Assembly (NCBI GenBank): GCA_044870765.1
Contig: JBIOZG010000046.1
Location: forward strand, 1 to 36,808
DNA length: 36,808 nucleotides
Source of the DNA: Nitrososphaeraceae archaeon
GTDB taxonomy: Archaea; Thermoproteota; Nitrososphaeria; Nitrososphaerales; Nitrososphaeraceae
Direction: 5' to 3'
Position numbers and translations under genes: made by a program. Below are positions 18,313-27,166 of this stretch, piece by piece; positions within the stretch are counted from its first letter, which is position 1, and every line of letters starts with the position of its first letter. The notes beneath the pieces were generated by a model that was given only the letters and a program-made list of their open reading frames with translations, did no database searches and had not been told where the DNA came from.

Positions 18313-21303
18313 CTATCTATCGGATATTTTGGCAATATTTGATTTAAGTTGTATGGTGTTTCTAGCAAACATTAAAGCACTAAATATAATTCCAATAAGG
18401 ATAGCAGGCGCTACAAAATTTTGGTAGTTAATTCCAAACTCAGAACGTGATCCTATGCTTTGTGTGGACGTGTTGCCTGATTCTTTCGCCTGTTGCTGAG
18501 CCAACGGTCCTGAACTTGGCGCTATCATTCCAATACCATTTCCTCTTTGTTCAGCAAACCATATGTTCCCGTTTGAATCAGAGGTAAGCCATTGAATAAA
18601 AGGCGAAGAATTTTTAATCTCTATCTCTCTCACCTTTGATTTTTGAGTGTCTATTACAGCGATTTTATTTATTGTATGTTCTGCCACCCATAAGTTCCCA
18701 TAGATGTCAAAAGCCATCCCAAATGGCAGTCCTGCTTCATTAATTACTGGAAGGTCGGTAAACGTTCTAGACAACGGATCAAAAACTGTTATTCTGTGGC
18801 CATCGTGCTGCGAAATATATATTTCTCCAGTGGTTTTATCAATCATCAATGCAGTAGGGCTCAACAACGTTCTGTTACCACCAGGAGAATATTCTGTTAT
18901 CGTATAATTATTAGCTGGGTCAATTTTTGCTAATTTTCCTGCCTCATCAGTTAACCAAATCAAATTGCTAACTGGATCTGCCATAATTGCAAATGGTCGT
19001 GCATCCTTGTCCTTTAGGTGTAAATTTAACGTAACGTTGCCAGTTTCAGTGTCAAAACGCATGACCTCACCGGACAAGGGTGAAGTGAACCAAATGTTGT
19101 CATCAGAATCTATTGTGATACCTGATGGGGTTACATATCCAGGAAATGGAAATATTCTACTAATATTTTTAGTAGGATCGTAGTTGCCTATGACTTTTGT
19201 AAGAGGATCTAAATACCACAAATTATTCTTTGAGTCCAAAGTGACAAGGGTCACAATGTTTGTACCATTAATCTTGTGTTCAATGTAATTATGCCCGTTA
19301 ATATCAAATGCAAATATACGTCCACTTCCAATAGAGGTATCCCCAAACCAGACGTAATTTCTACTCTTATCATAAACTGGGTATAAAGGTTGGATTTTAT
19401 TATTTGCTATAGGGTATTCTGTCACATTGAAACTCAACTGATCAAGATTTGGTTTTACTTTCAAATTGTTGAACGAGGCCACTATACCAGACATATTTTC
19501 TTTAATTGGAATTGCTTGGATTTCAAGATCCCATATTCCTGGAATGCCAAATGAAGCATTAACAGAGAACGTACCAGGTGATTTCTTTTCTAGATTAGCG
19601 GTAATAGGACCGATTGACTTTTCAATTTGACTATATTTTATTTCGGCTGACTGTACATCAATGGGTTGACCATCTATATCCGAAAATGACACATTGAAAT
19701 TGTTATTGCCAACTTCAAAAGGAGTAATTGATAAACTAACTTTGGTTTTATTATCGAGTAACCTGGAATTTAGGTAATTTTCATTCGGGGTTCCTGTTGT
19801 GTTTGTGGTCGCTTGAAACTGATTCTGAGCTTCACTAGCGGGGACACCAGTATTTACGAGTAAACCCACGCTAATAAGCAAGGCCATTCCAAAAATGGAT
19901 TCAATCACCAGAGCGCTCCTAAATGTATTGACTATTGATCTTGCTTTTCTTTCGTTTTCTGGTTCCTCTTCTAAATTGGAGTTACTAAAGTTATTCCCTA
20001 TAACTTGTCGAACCTTTAGCAAACTGGTGACTTTTTTGTGGATGAAAAAACTACTATATCCGCCTAACACAACCATTAATCCGGCAAATAAAAGTTTTAA
20101 AATCAAAAAGGTACCATATAACGAACCAATAACTAAACTCAAATTGTCTTCAAGTATATATAGCAAAAATGGGCCTGTGATAATGATAATACCCAGTAAT
20201 GTTACTATCAAGCTAGAATATCTAGGAATCCACAAAGAAAGTGTTGCTAATCTGTGATACCAATTTATACTTGATTGTTTTACTATAGGAATCAATATGA
20301 AGGCAAGATAAAAAGTGCCTCCAATCCATATGGACGCAGTTAAATTATGGACAAAATCAAGGATTATTGGAACGAGCTGCTTATTTGATGCACCGTGTCC
20401 AATCAGGCTTGTAGTAATTAATAAAAATATTCCTATCAATAGAAATCCCACATTTTCGAATTTAGAAAGTATATCGTTCCCTTTTTTTCTAAACCGTCCA
20501 AACTCAAACAATGATAGACCAAGAATTATAAATGATATTATTGAACGTTCTATCAATACAGTCCCAAATCTAGTTCCAAGAACATCTATTATACTTCCAT
20601 TGATTGCAATTGCTTGAAAATACAGAATCGCAAAATTTGAAGACACCAATATTACTGAGGCTATTACGTAGTAAACAACAAGGCTCTTGCTGGCTCTGTT
20701 CCTAAGTTTAGAGGTCGATTCTGCGAGTGAAGCAATTTTTGACAATGGTGTCCACATCCAAAGAGTGAAGAACGCTGCACCAACTATCATTACCTGAGCC
20801 AATAAGGCAGGAAATCTTGCTATTGCTTCTGGAAGATAAAGAGTAGAAGATTGAGTGATTTTAGTTACGTTTGCAGGTAGCGCTTGCTGTCCAACAGCAA
20901 AAACAAAGGCATTTTCAGTTACATGACCATCGGTCTGAGATAGAACATTGGTGGACACTGTATAAATTCCATCTTTCAATGACGGGATAGATACTGTTAG
21001 TGCAGATTCGTCGTTTTGTTGCAAGAATCGTACATCTCCCTTATCAACCTGCTTTCCACTGGAATCTAATACCTTTAGATGACTGTAATGCAAATCTACT
21101 GGTTCACTGAAGAAGACATTAACTTGTTGTGGTGACTTGGGAATAGACTGTGATTGCGAAGGATTGCTGTTGACAACGAAAGCATGTCCGAAAGATGTAT
21201 GGATAGCACTAAAACCAAAAAATGCTACAAAAATAATTGTCAACACTATAGGAAAATTTTTGTAAGATGAAAGAAAAGAATTCAAAGATAATTCAGGAAT
21301 CAA
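18313..21303 (-). CDS. copCD: CopC-CopD-YtkA-like-Vgb-type beta-propeller fusion (copper uptake/resistance protein)
   Basis: Signal peptide then HAFVVNSNP (CopC His1) and SQTDGH; polytopic CopD region with GHGAS and HNLTASIWIGG; Ig-like segment (SITPFEVGNNNF...GIWDLEI); repeated D..GNxWF propeller blades; C-terminal TM. Confidence 0.88.
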   Translation of the reverse strand: MIPELSLNSFLSSYKNFPIVLTIIFVAFFGFSAIHTSFGHAFVVNSNPSQSQSIPKSPQQVNVFFSEPVDLHYSHLKVLDSSGKQVDKGDVRFLQQNDESALTVSIPSLKDGIYTVSTNVLSQTDGHVTENAFVFAVGQQALPANVTKITQSSTLYLPEAIARFPALLAQVMIVGAAFFTLWMWTPLSKIASLAESTSKLRNRASKSLVVYYVIASVILVSSNFAILYFQAIAINGSIIDVLGTRFGTVLIERSIISFIILGLSLFEFGRFRKKGNDILSKFENVGFLLIGIFLLITTSLIGHGASNKQLVPIILDFVHNLTASIWIGGTFYLAFILIPIVKQSSINWYHRLATLSLWIPRYSSLIVTLLGIIIITGPFLLYILEDNLSLVIGSLYGTFLILKLLFAGLMVVLGGYSSFFIHKKVTSLLKVRQVIGNNFSNSNLEEEPENERKARSIVNTFRSALVIESIFGMALLISVGLLVNTGVPASEAQNQFQATTNTTGTPNENYLNSRLLDNKTKVSLSITPFEVGNNNFNVSFSDIDGQPIDVQSAEIKYSQIEKSIGPITANLEKKSPGTFSVNASFGIPGIWDLEIQAIPIKENMSGIVASFNNLKVKPNLDQLSFNVTEYPIANNKIQPLYPVYDKSRNYVWFGDTSIGSGRIFAFDINGHNYIEHKINGTNIVTLVTLDSKNNLWYLDPLTKVIGNYDPTKNISRIFPFPGYVTPSGITIDSDDNIWFTSPLSGEVMRFDTETGNVTLNLHLKDKDARPFAIMADPVSNLIWLTDEAGKLAKIDPANNYTITEYSPGGNRTLLSPTALMIDKTTGEIYISQHDGHRITVFDPLSRTFTDLPVINEAGLPFGMAFDIYGNLWVAEHTINKIAVIDTQKSKVREIEIKNSSPFIQWLTSDSNGNIWFAEQRGNGIGMIAPSSGPLAQQQAKESGNTSTQSIGSRSEFGINYQNFVAPAILIGIIFSALMFARNTIQLKSNIAKISDR

Positions 21304-21419
21304 GATGCGCCTATAGTATCTTACCGATCTGATTATTTTATTATTCCTTTTTTTCTAGTACACGAATCGAAAGAAGAGGATAAAGGATATATCGAGTATG
21401 AGGATTTAATCTTACATAA

Positions 21420-22142
21420 ATGGAAATTAGAGGAGATATTTTAGTTGCAGGTTCTCTTATTTTGGCTTTTGTGTTTTTCACAAGTTATACCCATGTTTCG
21501 TTTGCACATACTAGTAAAACCTTTGGAAATACCACCATTGAGATTGGATGGCTAACTGAACCACCACTTGCATCTGATCTCAACAGTGTAACAGTACAGG
21601 TAAATAACGAAAGTAATGGTGAACAATCACCTGTTCTGAACGCGCTAGCCAATCTTACAATATCTGCGAAATACGGCACCATATCAAAACCATTAGACTT
21701 CCAACCCTCACCAACCACCGATGGTGGATATGAGGCTAAGATTTTGCCAACTCGGGTTGGACCATATATTTTAGTAGCGCAGGGAGACGTAAAGGGACAA
21801 AAAGTTGACGGTGAATTTAAGATTGAAGACGTAGAGTCAAAATCCATATTTTCCTTCCCTGACAGTTCAATTGACACAACCAGTTCGAATAATCAGAATG
21901 AACAAGTTCAGGATGCAATTAGCAAGTTATCAAACGACATTCAAAAGGGTAATGACGACTTGAATATGTCAAGAAAAGAAATGGCGGATATTCAAGAGTC
22001 CATTGGCAGCTTACACAGAGATTCAGGTATTTCATATTTGATACTTTTGACGGCACTTGGGATAGGAATTGCGGGGGTCGTATTGGCAGGTTACTTATTC
22101 ACCATGTTGCGATTCAAAAAAGGATCGATAGTAGGTTCCTAA
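21420..22142 (+). CDS. Membrane-anchored surface protein, Ig/YtkA-like domain, predicted N-terminal His
   Basis: Signal peptide ending SFA|HTSK; GGYEA...PTRVGPY; coiled-coil-like linker; C-terminal TM followed by RFKK. Confidence 0.8.
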   Translation: MEIRGDILVAGSLILAFVFFTSYTHVSFAHTSKTFGNTTIEIGWLTEPPLASDLNSVTVQVNNESNGEQSPVLNALANLTISAKYGTISKPLDFQPSPTTDGGYEAKILPTRVGPYILVAQGDVKGQKVDGEFKIEDVESKSIFSFPDSSIDTTSSNNQNEQVQDAISKLSNDIQKGNDDLNMSRKEMADIQESIGSLHRDSGISYLILLTALGIGIAGVVLAGYLFTMLRFKKGSIVGS

Positions 22143-22167
22143 TAGCATAATACAACTGGTTGCAACA

Positions 22168-22740
22168 ATGCTCACATCTATACAATGGATTTTCTATTCA
22201 AAACGCATGGCACTTTTGATTTTATTTCTTTTCTTGTTTTTAGCTGGATATAATAGTCGTGAAAATTCACACCTGGTATCGGGTCATTTTTTTGGTACAA
22301 CCACGAAGACAGGAGATTATCAAATAGTTTTTGCCCCATATCCTCCTCTACCTTTTGCTGGAGACAACTCGACAATACTAAACTTTAGTATACTAGACAA
22401 GGATAATCAAAATGTAAACAACATCTTTGCGTCGCTCATTATTAAGAATAAAATTAATAATTCAGTAGTTCAAAATATTCCTTTCAAATTTTATGAGTTC
22501 AGCGACATTAGCTTCCCATATACTTTTAAGAAAACTGGAGACTATCTAGTTACCCTATTAATCAGGATAAATGGAGATCCCATGTATTCTGAAAATCCCC
22601 TTTCATTTGATTTTGACATATCAGCTACCGATGCAAACCAAGCAATTCCAACTAATGAACTGATAGCATATTACTTGTTACCTGCGTTAGCAGTAATTGG
22701 TGTAATTGTAGCTTACCTAAGACGAAAAAATAAGATTTAA
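22168..22740 (+). CDS. Membrane-anchored surface protein, Ig/YtkA-like domain, predicted N-terminal His
   Basis: Signal region then VSG|HFFG; YTFKKTGDYLV; C-terminal TM followed by RRKNK. Confidence 0.8.
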   Translation: MLTSIQWIFYSKRMALLILFLFLFLAGYNSRENSHLVSGHFFGTTTKTGDYQIVFAPYPPLPFAGDNSTILNFSILDKDNQNVNNIFASLIIKNKINNSVVQNIPFKFYEFSDISFPYTFKKTGDYLVTLLIRINGDPMYSENPLSFDFDISATDANQAIPTNELIAYYLLPALAVIGVIVAYLRRKNKI

Positions 22741-22927
22741 CCTAACATGGGATTTAGTATAATAGGCTATGGCGATGATACAAAATAAAGATACTCTCTC
22801 AATTACTATTGCCAATATCAAATACTATACAACCAGCTTTATATTTTTATGTATTTACCGATTTTAGTTTAAATTTATATTTGGTGCTTGAGGACTTCAA
22901 AATGATGTCCCTTATTGAGGTAGCCAG

Positions 22928-24073
22928 ATGATGATATTAAACATAAAAATTCCAAATATAATAGGCATTAATAATTCGAAAATTCCTATCGCACTATTAT
23001 CATTAACTTTAATATTTTCAAGTTTGTATTTTTTGAATTATCAGGCAATCTATTCCCAAACTTCAGAAGATCCCAAAAGTCTTAATTGTAAGGATAACAA
23101 GGATCAATCTCAATATGTTAGTAATGTTGCATCAAATGATTCAAAGGCAGCAGGTCCTGTTACTAACGATCTGGATGGATTTCATTATGTGAAGAAATTT
23201 GATAGCAACGGTACTCTAATTACTGCCTGGGGTACTAAAGGAACAGGGCCTGGACAGTTTTTACATGCACATGGAATTACAGTTGATTCCGACGGAAATG
23301 TTTACGTAAGCGATGCTGAAAAATGCAATGTTCAGAAATTTGATAGTGACGGCAATTTCATTACGATGTGGGGTACTAGAGGAACTGGTCCCGGACAATT
23401 CTTTCAACCTGAGAGCATGGCCGTAGATTCAAAAGGCAATGTGTTCGTCGCCGACTATGCTGACCAACATATTCAGAAATTTGATAGTGACGGCAATTTC
23501 ATTACGATGTGGGGTAGTAAGGGAAGAGCTGACAGTCAATTTATCAAGCCATGGGGAGTTGCAGTTGATTCAAGTGATAATGTGTATATAAGTGATCAGG
23601 ATAATCCTGAAGTTCAAAAATTTAGCAATGATGGTAAATTTTTAACCAAGTGGAATTCTTACTCTCCTGGCATGTTATTTGTACATTTACACGATATAAC
23701 AGTAGACTCTAATGATTCAGTTTACGTTACTGATGGCAGAAACAATTCTTATATTGCGAAGTTTGATGGTCAAGGCAATTTTGAAAAAAAATGGGGAGGA
23801 TTTGGATATGGTAACGGCCATTTTGTTGAAAACCACGGGATTGTAACGGACAAGGAAGGTAACGTTTATGTGGTAGATACAAGAAATGTACGCATTCAGA
23901 AATTCAACAGTGAAGGTGAGTTTATCACAAAATGGGGATCACTCGGATGCCCAGATGATCAATTCTTGATTCCCCATGATATTGCAATAGATTCTTCTGG
24001 CAATATTTATGTTTCAGATAGTGGAAATGTGCATTTCAGAGCTCAAAAAACTTGTGAGTCATTTGAAAACTAA
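22928..24073 (+). CDS. Secreted NHL-repeat six-bladed beta-propeller protein
   Basis: Signal peptide; ~47-aa repeats F..P.GI.VDS.GNVYV.D....IQKFDS.G.FIT.WG. Confidence 0.92.
   Translation: MMILNIKIPNIIGINNSKIPIALLSLTLIFSSLYFLNYQAIYSQTSEDPKSLNCKDNKDQSQYVSNVASNDSKAAGPVTNDLDGFHYVKKFDSNGTLITAWGTKGTGPGQFLHAHGITVDSDGNVYVSDAEKCNVQKFDSDGNFITMWGTRGTGPGQFFQPESMAVDSKGNVFVADYADQHIQKFDSDGNFITMWGSKGRADSQFIKPWGVAVDSSDNVYISDQDNPEVQKFSNDGKFLTKWNSYSPGMLFVHLHDITVDSNDSVYVTDGRNNSYIAKFDGQGNFEKKWGGFGYGNGHFVENHGIVTDKEGNVYVVDTRNVRIQKFNSEGEFITKWGSLGCPDDQFLIPHDIAIDSSGNIYVSDSGNVHFRAQKTCESFEN
23331..23516 (+). repeat. Perfect 45-bp direct repeat within the NHL gene
   Basis: TTCAGAAATTTGATAGTGACGGCAATTTCATTACGATGTGGGGTA at 23331-23375 and 23472-23516 (141-bp period, one blade). 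Confidence 0.9.
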
Positions 24074-24157
24074 TAGTTAGCGTCTATGTGTATATTCAAG
24101 GATATAACTCAATGTTAACGACCAAGTCAGCATGACGAGGAATCAATGAAGTAAAAC

Positions 24158-24709
24158 TTGGAGAACCTAAAACTATTTTTCATATGTATTATTTTTTTAA
24201 CCGCCACAATGTACGGTCAGCAAATGCTATCAGCTGATATGCTAAGTAATTCTTTACGACAACGTATAGGGGATTATGACATACAAATTAATACTGTGCC
24301 CGCTGTCCCTATTTCAGGACATGACACACATATCAATATTAGAATAAGTTCAGTCAGTAACATTCCAATAACTGATACACCGATCGTCATTAGAATTTCG
24401 GATGGAAAACATGAGTTACTTGAAACGCTTCCAGTATTCCTCTCAAGTGGACACTACTCCTATAATTACAAATTTGACAGAGCAGGTATCTTTCTTGTAA
24501 GTGTGGATATTTTAGATAACATTTCCATTCTAGATTCTAGTGACTCAAATAGAACACTTATTTTTGATTTCCCGATTCACATATCAGAGCCGTTTTGGGC
24601 TCAGATGGATTCGCTAATTATTCCTATTACTGTTTTAAGTGCAGTGAGTGGAGTAGTTGTTACATTAGTATTGTTTAAGAAATTTAAATGTAGTAACAAG
24701 GTAATCTAA
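24158..24709 (+). CDS. Membrane-anchored surface protein, paralogue of 22168..22740
   Basis: Signal peptide; shared GDYxI....P..P..G, YxF...GxxLV and LxFDFxI pattern; C-terminal TM followed by KKFK. Confidence 0.8.
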   Translation: MENLKLFFICIIFLTATMYGQQMLSADMLSNSLRQRIGDYDIQINTVPAVPISGHDTHINIRISSVSNIPITDTPIVIRISDGKHELLETLPVFLSSGHYSYNYKFDRAGIFLVSVDILDNISILDSSDSNRTLIFDFPIHISEPFWAQMDSLIIPITVLSAVSGVVVTLVLFKKFKCSNKVI

Positions 24710-24759
24710 ATTATACAAAATCAGTTGGCTGCACCGAAGACCTTATCAAACAAGCAAGC

Positions 24760-25170
24760 CTACTCGAACTCATATCCGTCAAGCTGAGAGCAATTTCCAG
24801 CGTGGTTGTTGAAGATAGTTTCTACACCATCTAGTGTAGACTGATTTATGTTACCTTCTGCGACCATGTTGCCTATATTTACATCAGAAAGAGCATCGTA
24901 TAATTGCTTAAAATCGGTACACGTGATGGTAAACTGCTCAATGTCGACAGGAGGTCCTATCTCAGAGTTATTAGAGGAAGAGATAGATAATGAAGTGGTG
25001 GCATTTGGAGAACCGGTGATGATTCCACTATCCTCCTGCCCGTGAATTTGTTGAATATAAAGTGCTAGATCTTCAGATTGATATACCGGATTAATTATGA
25101 ATGCTCCAAACAAGATTAAAGAGATGGCAATGATGGAGTTTTTAGTAGGCGTCAACTCACCATAATTCAT
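24760..25170 (-). CDS. Secreted acidic hypothetical protein
   Basis: N-terminal hydrophobic segment, Ser/Thr linker, two Cys in the C-terminal domain. Confidence 0.7.
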   Translation of the reverse strand: MNYGELTPTKNSIIAISLILFGAFIINPVYQSEDLALYIQQIHGQEDSGIITGSPNATTSLSISSSNNSEIGPPVDIEQFTITCTDFKQLYDALSDVNIGNMVAEGNINQSTLDGVETIFNNHAGNCSQLDGYEFE

Positions 25171-25330
25171 GCCATATTATCTCTTCAATATATCGTATTT
25201 GTGATTATTTAATGATTAGAATGTAAATTATATTAGAATCTTTCATTGAGCAATTCTGGTATTGTCTTTTCATTATTAATAGATAATTCATATTTTATCA
25301 TTCAGTTCTACTTAACTCTGCATAATTAAT

Positions 25331-25696
25331 GTGCTGTCAGGAAGTGATGAAATTCAGGGGAGGGGAGCAACGATATGCTGAACGGCAGTGATGGCAATGA
25401 TGTCTACCCGGAGGAGATGGCAGTGACACTATTGATGGTGGACCAGGTAATGATGAACTCCACGGCGATGATGGAGTACACAAATTAATCGGCGGAACTG
25501 AAAATGATATCTTGTACGGTACTTCCAACAATGACTTTCTAGATGGAGACCTTGGCGATGATCGCCTTTATGGCGGCCCTGGAAATGATACTTTAAGTGG
25601 TTGTCAGGGGGTGACTGCTATAGATGTGGATTGGGTGCAGACAGGATAACTAATTTTAATCTAGCAGATTGTGATCATGAATCAGGTGACTGCTAA
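25331..25696 (+). pseudogene. Frameshifted RTX/haemolysin-type Ca-binding repeat protein remnant
   Basis: GGxGxD-type nonapeptides split over four frame segments: SGSDEIQG / [14 protein letters not shown] / [19 protein letters not shown]...[11 protein letters not shown] / [17 protein letters not shown]...SGDC*. Confidence 0.85.
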
Positions 25697-25846
25697 GTTG
25701 AGTGATTATTGAATACCAATACCAATATACACTTGGTATTTTAAATTATCCTGGTACTTGTTAATTACCATTTTCAGGGCCAATGGATATTTACTTTTAT
25801 TTTTACAAAATCTAAAAGCCTAATTAAATATAGTAATCAGCAATTT

Positions 25847-26320
25847 CTAGCTATTTCTCCCATAGTCCCAAGTAGAGTAATATACTGGTTTAATTTCTAG
25901 CATTACTGAATTTCCATCTCGTACATTCTGCAGCAATGTTTTCGCCATTGGATGATCGGTACTCCCTAGATACTTTAGCATTATTTTTTCTGCGATTGGC
26001 AGATTTGCATTTGGTTCGCTCAAAATTTTAACATTGCCCTTTCCTCTTACTCCTTTATAAGGTGGATTCCCATCATCAACGCAAAAATAAACCTTATCGT
26101 TCTGTTTCAAATTCTTTGTCTTTTTAGATTGTTTACCTGTTTCTATAAATATTGCATCTTTAGAGCCATCATAAAGATACCATGTAGGGTGGATATTAGG
26201 ATAATTATCTACATCGATTGTTCCAAGATGTAGATTTAATTTGCTATGTGACAGAAATTCAATTATTTCATTTTTTGTGAGCTGAACTCCAAAACCTGGA
26301 CTTGCGTGTAATAGTTTCAT
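25847..26320 (-). CDS. Pyridoxamine 5'-phosphate oxidase-like (split-barrel flavin/F420-binding) protein
   Basis: LGTID..YPNIHPTWY, SKKTKNL...KVYFCVD, KGVRGKG, KYLG, SxWDY. Confidence 0.88.
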   Translation of the reverse strand: MKLLHASPGFGVQLTKNEIIEFLSHSKLNLHLGTIDVDNYPNIHPTWYLYDGSKDAIFIETGKQSKKTKNLKQNDKVYFCVDDGNPPYKGVRGKGNVKILSEPNANLPIAEKIMLKYLGSTDHPMAKTLLQNVRDGNSVMLEIKPVYYSTWDYGRNS

Positions 26321-26459
26321 ACCAATACTTTATGAACTTTAAAATATAAATATACACCGATGATCTGGTGGGAATTATATTTACTGCCGCATAGTTGCAT
26401 ACTAAAAATAAAAAATATATGAGGCCGATCTATTAGTCGGTAACTTGTGGAGATTTCTA

Positions 26460-26835
26460 TTATTGGGTGATGTTTATTTCTCCCATATCTCGGTCAGCTA
26501 ATGCTTTACACACTACCGAATTAGTTGTGGAAGCTTCGCCTTCACAATAGTTCTTTTGCTTTGCGTCAAAGTCAAGATCTACTTTTTTTTCACCTTGGAC
26601 GTTGATTGTATTGGTTGTTGTCTTATCGGATGCTAGACAGCTTTCACTGCTAGTTCCAGAATCGTCTGTATCGCAATCGTTTTTTTTTTGTTTTGCATCG
26701 ATGTCGATATTACCTTATTTTTGAAAGGATCATCTGCAAATGCGTGGGTTGAACTGCTACCTATAACTGATCCAATCAATAATACTATTGAAGGAATAAG
26801 TATGGTCCTTGTATGGTCCTTGAACTTAGATTCAT
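26460..26835 (-). pseudogene. Disrupted secreted Cys-repeat protein
   Basis: Removing an 11-bp tandem duplication (26800-26821) and restoring 1 nt near 26713 gives MNLSSRTILIPSIVLLIGSVIGSSSTHAFA|DDPFKNKGNIDIDAKQKKNDC...C...DFDAKQKNYC...C...INITQ*. Confidence 0.75.
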
Positions 26836-27166
26836 CGTGTACTTACGGAACTTTTAGTTTATATGAAGTAAGATGGGTCATGTCCTAAAATTATTGTAGA
26901 TACAATTTTCACATTATGTTAACCGAATGATGAGACATGCAAATCTTAGATAAAAAAATCTAGTATTGTGTTGCTGTAAGACCATTTAATATCGTATTTG
27001 AGTCGAAAGCTTGTTTGCAACCATATCATGATCAACAAAAAGAACTGCATTACATGTTATTACCATCCATTCATACTACCCAATACATTACATTTCAAAA
27101 AGTCAAATGATATGCAAGGTGGTAAGCTTTATGCGACCTTATTGAATGAATAACGTCCCCTGTTTT

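Noticed and set aside
17778-18368. Short ORFs in the gap between copCD and the membrane gene, with a repeated GCAGATTACA and a Cys-containing frame
   Set aside because: Mutually overlapping with no recognisable family. Possibly a decayed gene, but not supportable without blastx.
18400-19440. Virginiamycin B lyase (antibiotic resistance) call for the propeller domain
   Set aside because: The catalytic EPHG-type motif is not visible, and the domain is fused to CopC/CopD and extracellular.
25337-25531. 64-aa Pro/Ser/His-rich minus-strand ORF
   Set aside because: Antisense shadow of the Gly/Asp-rich RTX pseudogene.
26688-26888. 66-aa plus-strand ORF
   Set aside because: Antisense to the signal-peptide region of the disrupted Cys-repeat gene.
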